DNA of 58,224 nucleotides, counting the filler, from Platydemus manokwari (Eukaryota): NCBI GenBank assembly GCA_037951405.1. It is 5 parts of 5 records of this genome, joined end to end, with 100 filler letters (N's around TTAATTAATTAA, not from the genome) between each part and the next. Parts side by side here need not be neighbours in the genome. Positions count along the whole stretch, not along the records: positions 20,957 to 29,814 come from JBBMOY011338538.1; positions 29,915 to 42,481 come from JBBMOY010077790.1; 3 more parts are not named here. The stretch is one strand, 5' to 3'. Both the position numbers and the translations under genes were made by a program. Within the stretch, counting starts at the first letter, position 1. Each line of letters opens with the position of its first letter. This document shows, piece after piece, positions 24,288 through 37,400 of the stretch. The notes under the pieces were generated by a model. The model was not told the DNA's origin and did no database searches. It saw nothing but the letters and a program-made list of their open reading frames with translations.

Positions 24288-27210
24288 TTGTGACCACGAC
24301 GAAATTAATGTGATCACTTGAGCAAAACGACAAGAATGATAAAAATTATTTTCTAAATGACCCGAGAAAACACAGCATTATTTGATGACTGATCTGTAGA
24401 TGAGAATGGAAGCTACTTTGTTTCTCTCGTCGGTATGTCAAGACAATATGATATTTGAGAGTGAAGAATAAATTGGAAATAGAAGAAAGAGACGAAAAGA
24501 TTATGAAAAGTGGCTTGCAAATGTATCAGAAGATGGTAGATAGTGGATTGTAGGTAATGGACCGAAGATAAAATTATGGTGTATCAGTGTAATTAGTACA
24601 TGTATCTGGAAACGTATTGTATAAAGAAGTTGTATAAAGAAGTATGAAGCAAAATTAACTAGCGTTTTTTCTGATAATCTCGAATCTTGACTGGGAAAGT
24701 TACAAATTCTAAAATTCTGGAATAAAATATCTTCTAACGAATAGGACCACAATAAATTAATTTCACTATAATTTATTGGTAAAATCGATATTATGAAGAA
24801 ATGTGGAGTACTAAAGCGATCGAAGCAACCAATTTTAATGGGAAATACACTGATAAAAATAGAATTAAAATAGTTATGAAGAATATTGCTGTTGTTAATG
24901 ACAATTTATTAAAAGAGTGTATCCATGAAAATGGTTCTATTTGTATGGATTTTAAATTCAACTAAAGATTGACAAACATGACCAAACACAAGATCCGAAC
25001 AAAAGAGGAATGGATTGAACAAAGTCTCAGAAGACAAAGTATGAATCTTAAGATCAAAATTCCAGAGCTAACAGAGATACTTGAAAAAATTGTCATTGCA
25101 TCTTGAAATACCTTTTGAAATTCGCCATTAGTATTAGTTCCCAAGGAAATGGAAAAAATAGGAATGCCCATAGATTTTCACGAATTACATAAAGAAATTG
25201 AGAATTTTTCTTCTACAATATTCAAACGTTTACTTAATCATTAAATGGACTTTGTTTTTCAATGATAGGTTTGGCCCAAGGGTCCTACCAATTCGAGATT
25301 AAGAAAGATTTCAAGTTAAAAACATTCCAGTAAAAGAACAGGACAATTTTGTAGTAGATTGCCTTCTGGACTTTGTAATGCTTCAGCTACTTTTAATTGG
25401 TTGATGAATTTATAAATTATATTGATAAATTGCATTTATAAATTATATTTATAAATTGCATTTATAAAGGCGCTCTTATATATCTGGATGATAAACTATT
25501 TATTTATGGAAGAACGGTGGAAAAATCTCATACAATACTCAATCTAGATTTCAAGGTGATTAAATTATCGGGACTAAAAATCAACCGCACAAGTGGTGCA
25601 GAAGTTGTTAAAAATAGTGATGACAACATAAAGAAGATTAATGTAACAATTAAACCAAGGTTCACTATTCAATTGATATTGTATCTGAGATTGAGTAATT
25701 ATAATCGTAGATTCATTTAAAATTATATAATCCCGGTATGTATGATGTCAAAAATAAGAACACAATTGAATGGATCAAAGAATATAACGGAGATTTTTAT
25801 AAACTAAAAGAGTCGTCAAACACCGACTTTTGCTTGAAATAATATCGGATTCCGGCGTGACCTTTGAAGCCATTGGAGCTGTAATTTGTCAAATGGATAA
25901 TAAATGACGAGAATAATTAGATATCCTTTTAGAACTCTCAATTGTCACGAAAAAGGTTATTGCGTTACGAATGAGGAAATTTTGGTTGTTCATGAATTCA
26001 TTATGCCTTTTGATTATTGTTTACTTGGTAAAATATTTGTGACTCACATTGTCCACAAAGCATTGGCCCATATTTTAAAAACCACTAAACTGATTAGTTT
26101 TCATTTGCAAACGTGGTTTAAAAACTTATTGTAATTCAATTTCAATCTACATATCTTATGGGTACTTATCATAAAAATGCAGATGAACTTTCAAGATGAA
26201 GCAAAGCTCTCTGTACTTACAGTTTAACGCAACTCCAAGAAATTAGGCATGATTAGAGTTATCAATATTATTTGCACTCAATTGCTATCAACGATCAACT
26301 GTCATTGGTTCATTTAAAAAATTGCTACTAGAGTCAAATCAGTTATTAATAAACGCAATTATTTTCAAAACATAGATAAGCATGGGCTATTTGAAAAAGT
26401 TGTGGTGCACAAAGACAATAGAGACAAGTAAATTGTTATTCCAGAAGCACATTTGCAGAAATTAACCAAACACTGCTATGAAAAGACAAGTTATATCGAT
26501 AGCAAGAAATTAATTGATTGTATTCAGAATATTTAATACTTTCGAAACTGTTACGAATAACAAGTTATGTAGTTCAGAAATGCAATACTTATATTAAACA
26601 AAATGTTTATATTGATCAAACAAAAGAAAAGAAAAAAAGAAACCACAATTAAATTATCAGTGGTTGAATTTATAGGTTTAATGCAACAAAATCGGTTTGT
26701 GGTAAAGGTTTTTATGTGAAAAAATGAAAGTTGAAATAAAACAAGAATAATCAGAAAAGTTCAAAAAATGCTTGCGATAACAATGAAAGCAGAGAAATGG
26801 ACTTGGATAACCTCATTTATCATCAAGACAAAGTATCTGAGTTCAATTCGTTATTGACCTTTCGGCACTTTGTTTTTAGGACGAATTTATTTACATGGGC
26901 TGCGTGGTAAATGAACTACGTCATAATGATCAGATCATCAAAGAAAAGGAAAACCAGCTCAAATCAGTGGCCATTAAGAAGATTCGATTTCGGAAAGAGA
27001 GGTAGTCAAATTTTTCGATTGAAAAAGGATGTTTTAGTGAAGAAGGAAACACATAAGACAACAAAATACGGATGTCATTATGAAAATCCTCTTCGGGTTT
27101 TAAAATTCCTATGTCCCCATCAAGTTATTCTTGATTGTCAGGAAAAACTCAAGACTAGAAGACTTGAGAGATATGGGAAAATTTCAAAATAATTGAAGGA
27201 GGATGTTAGA
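24288..27210 (+). mobile_element. Degenerate Ty3/gypsy LTR retrotransposon (internal region)
   Basis: Motifs in gypsy order: SPLVLVPK (25122), IDFHELHK, GLAQGSYQ, LPSGLCNASATF, IYLDD (25481), YNRRFI, RNase H-like IIRYPFRTLNCHEKGYCVTNEEIL...LLGKIFVTHIVHKAL (25904-26134) and HKNADELSR (26170). A tRNA-Trp-like PBS lies at 24288-24305, and the polypurine tract GAAGGAGGA is followed by TG at 27204. Confidence 0.88.
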
Positions 27211-29814
27211 TAATATTTGAGATGTTTTTTAAATATTCAGAGATACAATAAAATTTGCATTTTAGAGATTTGATTTTCACGCCTGAAACTCGTAGCTTTG
27301 GAAATCCTTCAAATACCTCTTGGACGTGTGAAGAATCATATGGATGGCAATGTAAAAAATGATATTAAAACGTTTGGATTGAGAATGGAACTAACAATAA
27401 TGTTTTAGCAAATTCGATATTCTAAACAGTTTTACTTTTATTTTAAAAACACCGTGCAAGAGGTGTGACATCAAATTAACTCTATAAATAAATCAGACGT
27501 GACAAAATGGTAAAATATTTCATAAAATTCAGACCAAATATTTTAAATTATTTCTTAAAATGCAAAATTCGTAGATGTCACGATTACTTCTTATTTCATT
27601 TTCATAACCGAATAGTGCAAAGATTACTAAATAAGGACAAAATTAGCATTTTATGTATAACTGAATATTCAGCTGTATTAGGATCAATAGGTTATACATT
27701 TTTGGATAACCATTCAAAGTACTTTGTAAATTTATGATATCCAAATATTTATCCTCAGAATAAGGAAAAATCAAGGGTATGCAATTTCACATCAGCTTTT
27801 ATGAATTTTTATCTAAAACTTCACATCATCTTGTGACTTATTACAATTTAAGTCACTAACTTAGTAAACTATATACAAGCATTATAAACGACATTTGTAA
27901 GCCGCTAATATTTTGTAAAGGACTCATTGAAAATGAACTGAGAACTATTGGTTTTTAATTATCTCTTAATCAAATTCTTTAGATATTTATCTACATAAAT
28001 TTTATTATATGTCTTCTATCTATTTTCTATCTTCTTATATCTTCTCTTCATCTTATTTCTACTTTTTTATATCTTCTCTTAACCTTCCTCTTTTCTTCTT
28101 TAATTTCAAGTCGAGTATAAATACGTGGTTGGTAACTAAGCCTAAGATGTGCATTGGAAACGAACTAACAATTCACGACACAAAATTATATTGAACTACA
28201 ATTTTTCAATCAAATTTAAAAGATTTTAATATATAAATGTGATTATAAAAAATTAATAAAAATTCATTTTTTAAAAATTATCCTTATTATTTTAAAATCC
28301 TCACAACATTTATTGACCTAAAACCGTTGAACTTGAAAAGAATGAATAACATAATTGATAATTACTCAAATCAATGTACTACTAACCTGAGACAAACATG
28401 TTATTTTTATCTTCTTGACAATTTTCTTTATTATATTGTCAAAATTGATGCAATTTCAATTTCAAGATAAATAAATTCGGTGAATAAAATAATGAATTTA
28501 TTTTAAAATAAACAAAATGGTGTAATTAAAATGAAATGAAAAGTTGATCGAATTGAATTTCCTAAAATTTTAATAAGTTACCGGCTTAAAAATTAAAATA
28601 AAAATGTGTTTTGAAGAGATATTAATGTTAATTTAATTTAGCTCCTATAATCTATTGATTCGCGACCTTGTCAATTTCAACCGAGATTACGAAGACGGAA
28701 CATTAAGTGACAAGTTAGTTTGTATAAAAATTAGTTTACTAAATGATCAAATACTTTGTAAAAATATTTTTGTGTGATATTAGACAGTAGATATGAAACA
28801 GATTAGCAGAATTTAAGTGAAATTTTTTATAATATGTTTGAAAAATATTGAAGAGAAGTTTCAGAATGTGTTTATTGGGAAACTTTATTAGTTAGCTATA
28901 TGATCGGTGGCTGAAGCAGAGATATAAATGAAAGTATAATAATTTCTATTACGTACAAACGAAATGTTGATTTAGAATCATTTCGTAAATTGTAACGAAA
29001 TAAGTATATAAATCTAAAATATTTAAAAAGAATGTAATTTAATTATCAAATATATGGCTGTCATGAATTAAGTTTTCGGCTTAAAATTATTTATGTTTAA
29101 TTGCTGGGGTCTTTGTTCTTCAATATTTATAACGATATCGTGTTTTGGAAAGCCAATAATTAGGATAGCTAAATCTGGATTCAACAAAATAAAAATTTCA
29201 TACAGAGACTAGGAAATTGATTTTTATTTCAGTACAAATCTAATATTTTGATATGCCTTTCTTATATCGCAATTAGGAAGTAGAATGGTTTTCTAGGAGT
29301 TCCGTAGGATTAGTCTCAACACTAGTATCGAATATTCGTATGATTCTTATATCACTCTTTCCTTTTCAAGAAAATCATTAAATAGTACTTTTATCTCATT
29401 ACGCAATATTCTGAAGTAGTTAATATATTTCATTTTGTATATCTTCTGGCAATGAAAAAAATAAAAATATTTACGGGAAGATGCTCTGTTCCAAAAAAGT
29501 TTATGTTTATTCACAAATCCAAAAATTTAATCTCTAATTGAAATCAGATTTGAAATGTTTCCACAAAACTATTTTTTAAAATTATGCAAAAAATTGGTTT
29601 TTCATATTTTTGTGATTTATTGACAAATGAATTTTTAAATTTCGTATCCTCGAACTATCGTTGCTAAGTGTTTATTTCCCTAACAAACACGGGGAGTTTC
29701 ATTTCTGATGTTCATTCAACAAAACCACGATGGAGATCTTTCATGAAGTACTATCGACAGGTTTCCTTTTGTTAAGGACTATCAGTCGCTTTTAAAGCAA
29801 AAGTCTAATTAAAT

Positions 29815-29914
29815 NNNNNNNNNNNNNNNNNNNNNNNNNNNNNNNNNNNNNNNNNNNNTTAATTAATTAANNNNNNNNNNNNNNNNNNNNNNNNNNNNNN
29901 NNNNNNNNNNNNNN
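29815..29914. other. Artificial contig spacer (44N + TTAATTAATTAA + 44N)
   Basis: Same 100-bp construct as at 9223. Confidence 0.97.
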
Positions 29915-32900
29915 ATTCATAAATTTAACTGTCTCTAAAACAAGGAAACATCAATATTTATCTAAACCCATTCATAAAACACGCGGAAATATATATATAA
30001 AGGTGTAAAATTTTATATTCTTATTAAACAAACAATTTGGTCAATGAACATATTGAATTGGTGCATAGGTTCATGCGGTTTTTTACAATTATGAAAAAAA
30101 TACAGTTTTTATCAAAGTCACTATGTCGGCCTGACCGAGGATTCATCGTTTAAATCAAAATTTCCACAATTAAATTTCGAAAACCACTTATGTGCTGTTC
30201 ACTTTCTCCATAAACGCAACAAATTATTATGATGGCTTCTCCAGAGTTTAAATGTTGATTAAAATAAAAAAGGAGTAGATGCCGGAAATGTTCATTTTTA
30301 TCTACCTGACACTCCATTTTATCGAGGGTAATGAAAGTGAAAGTTAGTCTAAAATGATTTAAATAGATAATTCAGCTGAATGAATACAACTCAAATTAGT
30401 TAAAACAAGAAATTGGTGTTTTCAATACAACAAATAAAACCGAACCAATTTATGCATTATTTCATCCATTATATGCCATGTAAAATAGCAAAAAAAATGT
30501 ATGACACACTAAAATACATTTACGATACTTGAACATATATTTGATATTCATTTTGATGGATTGTCAAGATATTGAGTGATCAAACAAAATATTTTCCAAT
30601 ACAAATTTAAATCTCAAACCATTGTTTGATTAATACGTATTATTATTATTTCAAACTGACAAAAATATATAATTCATACTCTCAACAAAATAAATAAAAA
30701 AGATTTCGTTATTAGTTTATTTTCATTTGTGTTTCAAATTGGTCATTGTCAATAAACCGTACAATATTTTTCATTAATGAACATTTTTTTTACTACTAGC
30801 TAGTGTGTTATGTGTATATCGACCAAGGTTATTGACTACATATTTTAGTTAAACTTCATTGAAAAATCCTTACATTGCAACTATAATGTTTGATCCGATT
30901 ATAAAGATAAAAAATAAAGTTTCAATACCGACAAGATCAATTAAAAGCTTATTATGATTTTAAATGATGTCGTCAAATCGATGAAATCTATTCAATATTG
31001 CAATTTTAAGACAAAGAATAAAAATCCAGGTCAGAAAATAAACAAAGTCAATAATCAACTAAATGAGCAAATTATGACAAAAACCTGATTCTACCAATAA
31101 GAAGTGATTAAGCATGTTTGTCCTTGTTAATTAAAGTGCAGCGAAAATAAAGAGTTCAGGCGTTGGTCTAATTATCGTATTTTACAATTGATCATCGAGT
31201 ACAGAGAGTGACCAGTATAAAAATTATAGAATTTTAAATATATCGACTATTTAAAGATAAAAATATGAAAACAAACTAAGTGCTTAATTAAAAAGAATTC
31301 ACACGGTTAATATTAAAAAAAATTATGGTATTTTATTATTAAATGTTTGAAAATAAGGACAACATGGAAAAATTTTATTTGTTGTAAGTTTTATTAAATT
31401 GACATGATAGTGAAACATAATACAATTTATATAATAATACCTATTATTTTATTCATTATATACCATGTAAGATAGTAAATAATGTATGATACAGTAAAAT
31501 ACATTTATGTTTAATCAACAGATTGAGAATAATTAGGACATTATATATAGAAATATCCCGATGATATTTGGAAACATTTTTATTCCATGGTTACCGTGAG
31601 AGCGACTAACATGGAACCAAATGCAAAGTTAACAAGTTCCAACGGTATAATGTGAGTGATCGTAAAGTACGGTGAAATGACTATGAATTCGAATTGACCA
31701 ATGAGCGAATCATTAAAGTGATAGATTGGTGATGACACACCGATACTGATGAGTAAAAAGGACTATGAAACTCGTGTATCAGTGGAGTTCCCTTTTAAAA
31801 TTACCAATGGTTCATTCGGGAAATCTTAATAAGTTCTACAATTATCATTAATGCAAAGGTTTTTCTGTTTTATAAAATCTTATAAAATAATTTTTAAAAG
31901 GTCATTCAATTAAATTATGATTTTTCAAAACAAATCGACTCAACTACAAAACATTAAAAGGAAAAAAAGTCGCAACAATTCACGTATTTCATTGATAAAT
32001 TATGCTTATATTTCTCTATAAATCGAAACATTGTTATGAATAAGACAATGCTTTAGGTTGTCAAAAATCTTTAGTAGCATGTCATATCAAACGGTCGATT
32101 TTGGTTAAAATTTTCGAAATTATCAATTTTCAGTCACCTTTTATGATGAATAATCCTGGTTAATGGATATTTTATCTAAAGCTCAATGAATATTACGTTT
32201 GGATTATCTCAATTTTTGTTTTACAATGATCGTTATAAGATGGCAGGTTGAACCAACTTCTGAACGAAACTTAAAGTCAACTTCGTCAAACGATAAAAAA
32301 AGGCCAAAATATCATTTTTCAATAAATATGAGCCTAGCATCTATAAATTATCAACAATTTATCATAATATTCATTTCAGAGGAGTTTCTTTGTTTTATAA
32401 GCCACAAATTCATCTGAAAAATCAAGTTCATATCTCATAAAATAATTTTCATATCTGAAATACCTTTCGCAATTATAATGATATCTACAAAAGCATAATA
32501 TGAGTTAAACAGAAGACATAAATATCTATATAATTCAAGAATCAAATATATAAAATAAAGAAATTATTAGTTATTGGATTTATGTTAAACAATGAATTTT
32601 ACTATATTTTATTTTGAATTTTCTGTTTCCATTTTTTCATACATAAGATATTAAATTCATTTTTATTATGGACGAAATTATATGAATTTCAGAAGTTTTT
32701 AACAAAAACAATAAAACTAACCAATTTTATCAACGTCAATTTCAATAATGGACGCTTTTGAGCTTTCTTTGTCAATAAATGAATAATGTAAGGAATACAT
32801 AACATCAAATAAATTAAAAGACATATTGGTGCATAAAAAAACTGAAAGCATTTCGGGATATCGGGAGAAGTTGAGTTCCACTCGGGACTCCAATTCTTAA

Positions 32901-35900
32901 AATAATATTTGTCAATTATTAATTAAAGTATTTAATTAGTACGAGTGTTAAATTTTTGCAAACAACTTCTATCATGAAACACTAAGTTCTAAATTGATAT
33001 ACTTTATTTAAAAATGTAAAGAAATCCAATAATTTAAGCATACCAGTAAAACAATATAATTTCGTACACAATATTTAAATTTAATTAATGTATATCTTGG
33101 AAAAGTTATTTTAGATTAATAAAGTAAAATAGGTTTTATTTTTAATTAAATTTTTGTTTATGCACTATATATAACATTAATTTTATAATAAAAATTTACT
33201 TGAAATTTATGCAATAAAATGATTTTATTTCTATTTCATTTTTAAAAATGTTTTATGGAAATTTAATTTTATAATATTTTATTGATTTACATAATATCTG
33301 GATTTCTAATAAAATTATATTTTTTGAAAGGTTCTGATATTCTATATAGACACAATCTATACAATCATTGCCAAGACATCTAATTACAATCCGCTTCTTT
33401 TAGTTGATTTGGTCATTGAAATTTAAAAATGTGTCTATTATAAAATTTTAATATCATGGAATATATTAAATAAATAAGGATGTCATATAGTTTTTAATTT
33501 TGGACTTTAAATTATTAACTTATACCAGATAAAAACATTAAAATAGATACTGTCAATTGTAAATCACAAATTGATGTAAACAGCAATTAAAATGACAACT
33601 CTTAGTTTGTGTAATTTACTTTTTAATGTTGGAATCCAAATAAATAAACACATCTACCTAAAATTTTCACTGAAATAGCAATTTGTTAAATATTTTGAAC
33701 ATTTTCTAGTACTTCATTTAATTATATTTTCAAAATATAGACTTCTTTTCTCGTCGAGACTTTTATTTTTAAATGTTTATCTATAACTACATATCACATT
33801 TTGAATTTTGAAGATTTCGAAGAAAGAATTTTTGCAAAAAGAGCTTATGTCAACTTATCGTTTAAAACGACTTTTGTTCATCACACTATCCTGTACAATA
33901 TATGAAAATTCACTCAAATTTTGAATATTTTAATCATCCATATTTTCTAAAGTTTAACTTTTACCATTACTGGTAATTTTCAACTTTGATTTACCTGTAA
34001 TTTTATTTCTTGAAAGATACCACACTTGTTTACTATGTCATTAAATTCTTTTCGGACGAATTTTATTAAATCATTAAAACCTGAATAGTTTTAATACCTT
34101 TGAATCATGAAAGTTTTTTACAAAATTTTCAACAGTAATAAAATTCAAAGAAATCATAGTGTTTCTTCTCTAATAATATTCTTTTAAATTTTAATTCCTG
34201 ACAAAAAATTATTTATTATGATCTTTTTATATTTTGGGTTGTATATCATGTCTTATATTGTTGCTAATGACCTACTCAACAGCAGGAGTTTTCCAAAATG
34301 AATTTTATAATGATATCAATGTCATTTTAAACAACGACGATTAAATTATGTTTATTTATAATACGAATTGGTTTACAAATAATTTTTCGAATCAAACTAT
34401 TAATTCAAACCAGAAATTTTACAAACAAAAAGGTTAAGTGATCTCACCGTGAACGTGAGAACTTATGTTCCTAACTCCTACTAATTTGAATATAGTGATT
34501 AAAATATTAGTCCAAAAGGTTTGATCCTTTAGAACGCTTGTTAAGATTAAAATTAATTAATTTATTATTATTAATAAACATAAATTATTATTGTCAATGC
34601 TCAAAGATTTACCGATCGTTTTTTCGAGTTTGATTTAAAAGTTGAGTTTTTATCAGCTAAATTTTGAGAGTGAATTGTGAAGGACATCCATCAGCTTATA
34701 TAGATACTGAGATTCGGTACTTTGTAACCAGAATTTTGCCATCATTCTTGTAAATTTTAAACATTTTTCATTACTTTAACCCTAATGTTTATTATTTTAA
34801 AAGCCGCTTAAACTTTAAAATTATATTAATTTAGTTGACATTATAAATTTTTATCATATAAATTGTCGACCTTAAAAATTAATTATTAAATTTCTTTTTA
34901 TTTTTGTCTTATTTCTCATTATAATTGCTTGATTTATAAATAATAATATATATTTTATTGACATATTTTATTTAAAATTTTAAATTCAAACCTTTTACAA
35001 ATAAAACTCATGAAAGATTGTCGTCAATAAAATGCAATTATTGAATCACAAATAAAATGTCAAAAGTAGATCACTAATAAATTATCAAACAATAGATTTG
35101 GATTGTTGATTTGTTGAACGACATTAGTCAGAACAGTACCCGTTGAATTATTGTTGACCAACAGACATCCAGATCCAGATTCCATTTTCTCATACTCCAA
35201 TTTTGGGTTTGGTTTAAAGGGTTTCGTTTTACTGGCGCAATGGGTTTCGGCTTCTTAATTGGCAGCGCAGTCGGATTTTTCCCCCGCTATTCTGCTCTTT
35301 CATTCGCTATATGAACTGACGGTAATGGGAGGTTTTTCCTCCTCACTATCTGAGTACACTCCTAGCTAATAAATGCTTTCCTGACATATAGGTTCCCTTC
35401 CCTTTGAGTTTATGCAAAATACTGTTTGGTTTTGATTCGTTTTCAAACTTCAGAAGGTCTTTATTTAAATTACTATAATTTATAAACTCGTAATGCTTGA
35501 CTCCAGAAGGCAGTGTATTAAAATGACGTAACCCATATTAAATATAAATAAGCTAAATAAAATAATAGATAAGATAATATATATTTGTTCTAAAATAAAA
35601 TAATCAATGATGAGCAAAATACAGATTACAAATAACAATTGATAAATATCGATTGGTTAACAGATATTGTTTAACAAATAACCAGGAATTTTATTAATTA
35701 ACATTCGATTAATTATTCGCTGTTGTTTTTGATACAATTTATAGGATTTTTGAGCAGAGAGCGGCAAGGTTCTCAAGTTTATTGTGCATAGTTGGGACCT
35801 AATAGCCCAGCAACTACAAGGGTGAATAAAGATGACTGTTTATTGAGGTTAAACATTAATTAGGTAATGTTTGGGATGGGTCCAAGACACTGTTATTAAG

Positions 35901-37149
35901 AATGGTGACTTTTTTTCACAATTCGTTTAGTTGTCTTTCTTGTCATACCTTTTAAATAAATCGATAATCTCTGCATAATAATCATCTCTGACCATCTGTT
36001 TTCAGATGCCAAGGAATCCTTTGTAAAATCTGTAAATTCAAGCTACTTATATTCATTTGGCTTTAATAGTAAATATCGGCAATAAATTTGCAAGAAGCAT
36101 CTTGCTTGTAAAAATTCTTAACATTAATTTGATGAAAAAATATTTTTCACCCAATCTATCTGAACTTTGAGAACCGTTACGAATTTTCCCTATCTTTAAA
36201 AGATCACAGAGACATTTGATTTCCTTGAATTTTCTATAAACAGACTCAAGCTGCTCAACGTTCGGAAAATTGAAATTAAATTTGAAAGAATTTCTGAAAA
36301 ATCGCTCGACATAAAATCATAGTTTTCTGTCGGTAATATAAATTTACAGTGTTGAGATTTTTTATTAACAATTATCAATTTTAAAAATACCTCACGTGTG
36401 TGAACATTCGGACTCTTGATAACACAATATCATATCTTTGTTCCTAAATGTAAAATTTTTTGTACTTTATGTGTGGATGTATTTCACCACTCAGTTTCCA
36501 ATCAGCTCGTGAGTATTTTACAAGAATACCAATTGGAATCGTGAACTCTAAACAGACAACATTAATACTTTATAATGTAATGCTTGGTAAACCTTTCGAG
36601 AATTTTTGGTAATTTTAACCACAATATAATAATCCTGAATTTAAGATTGTTTGATTTATTGGTGACTAATTTGTTTTCACCACTTATATAAGAGAAATGC
36701 TGTAGATTCTCTATAATTCAAATGATTCTTCGTTGAGATGCTGGCAAAGTTAATGATAGCTCCGAAACTTCAAAAGCTGGATGATCCCAGTTTTTATCGA
36801 TTGTCTTATTCACAATCTTTCAGACTGATAAAATATTTAAAATAATTTAAGATATTTCGAATAAAGCAAAATGATAATCGATAATTTTTAATTAATGAAA
36901 AAATTAGTAAAACGAGAACTTTATTGTTTAACTAGTTATCACTATAAAGGCAGTCTTGATTAAGAATCTTAGAATCTAGGCAGTCTTGGTATGGAGACCA
37001 CGTTTTTTGAATTGTAAATTATTATAAAAGCAACTAAAATACTTGCAATTGGTCACCAAAACAGCATTATATCTATTGGATTATAGTGCAGTAATTGAGA
37101 GTATATTTATAAGGGATATGTTGGTATGAAACTAGAATCTAATTGTGCA

Positions 37150-37400
37150 GTTACACCGGTAGATGATGAGTTATAAAAGCTAAGTAAAATTGTTGAAAAT
37201 TCGAATCCAACAATTGATACGTTATACAATTCAGGATTCAAAGTCCTACCCTAATACTAATGAATATAGAAAATTATATTGTCTTTCGATGTTGTTCCCA
37301 TTGGAACTGTCAACCATTCCTTCAGTCAACAATCATCACTTAAAACTAAAACCCTTACCCGAGGATAACAATTAGGAATAGCTGACAATATAACCGAATT
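37150..37400 (+). mobile_element. Possible Penelope-like retroelement RT fragment
   Basis: RYTIQDSKS followed, after a frameshift, by KIILSFDVVP resembles the PLE RT segment YTxKDSxxF...VSFDVxSLF. The match is short and degraded. Confidence 0.35.

Noticed and set aside
31740-31800. Hammerhead-ribozyme-like CTGATGA...GAAA core
   Set aside because: Stem II is very weak and stem I cannot form. The sequence fits a simple hairpin (GATAC..ATGAG/CTCGT GTATC) better.
31580-31826. Minus-strand FN3-like reading (PNEPLVILKGNSTDTRVS*...FTITHIIPL)
   Set aside because: It is interrupted by stops, and the similarity is too weak to support by eye.
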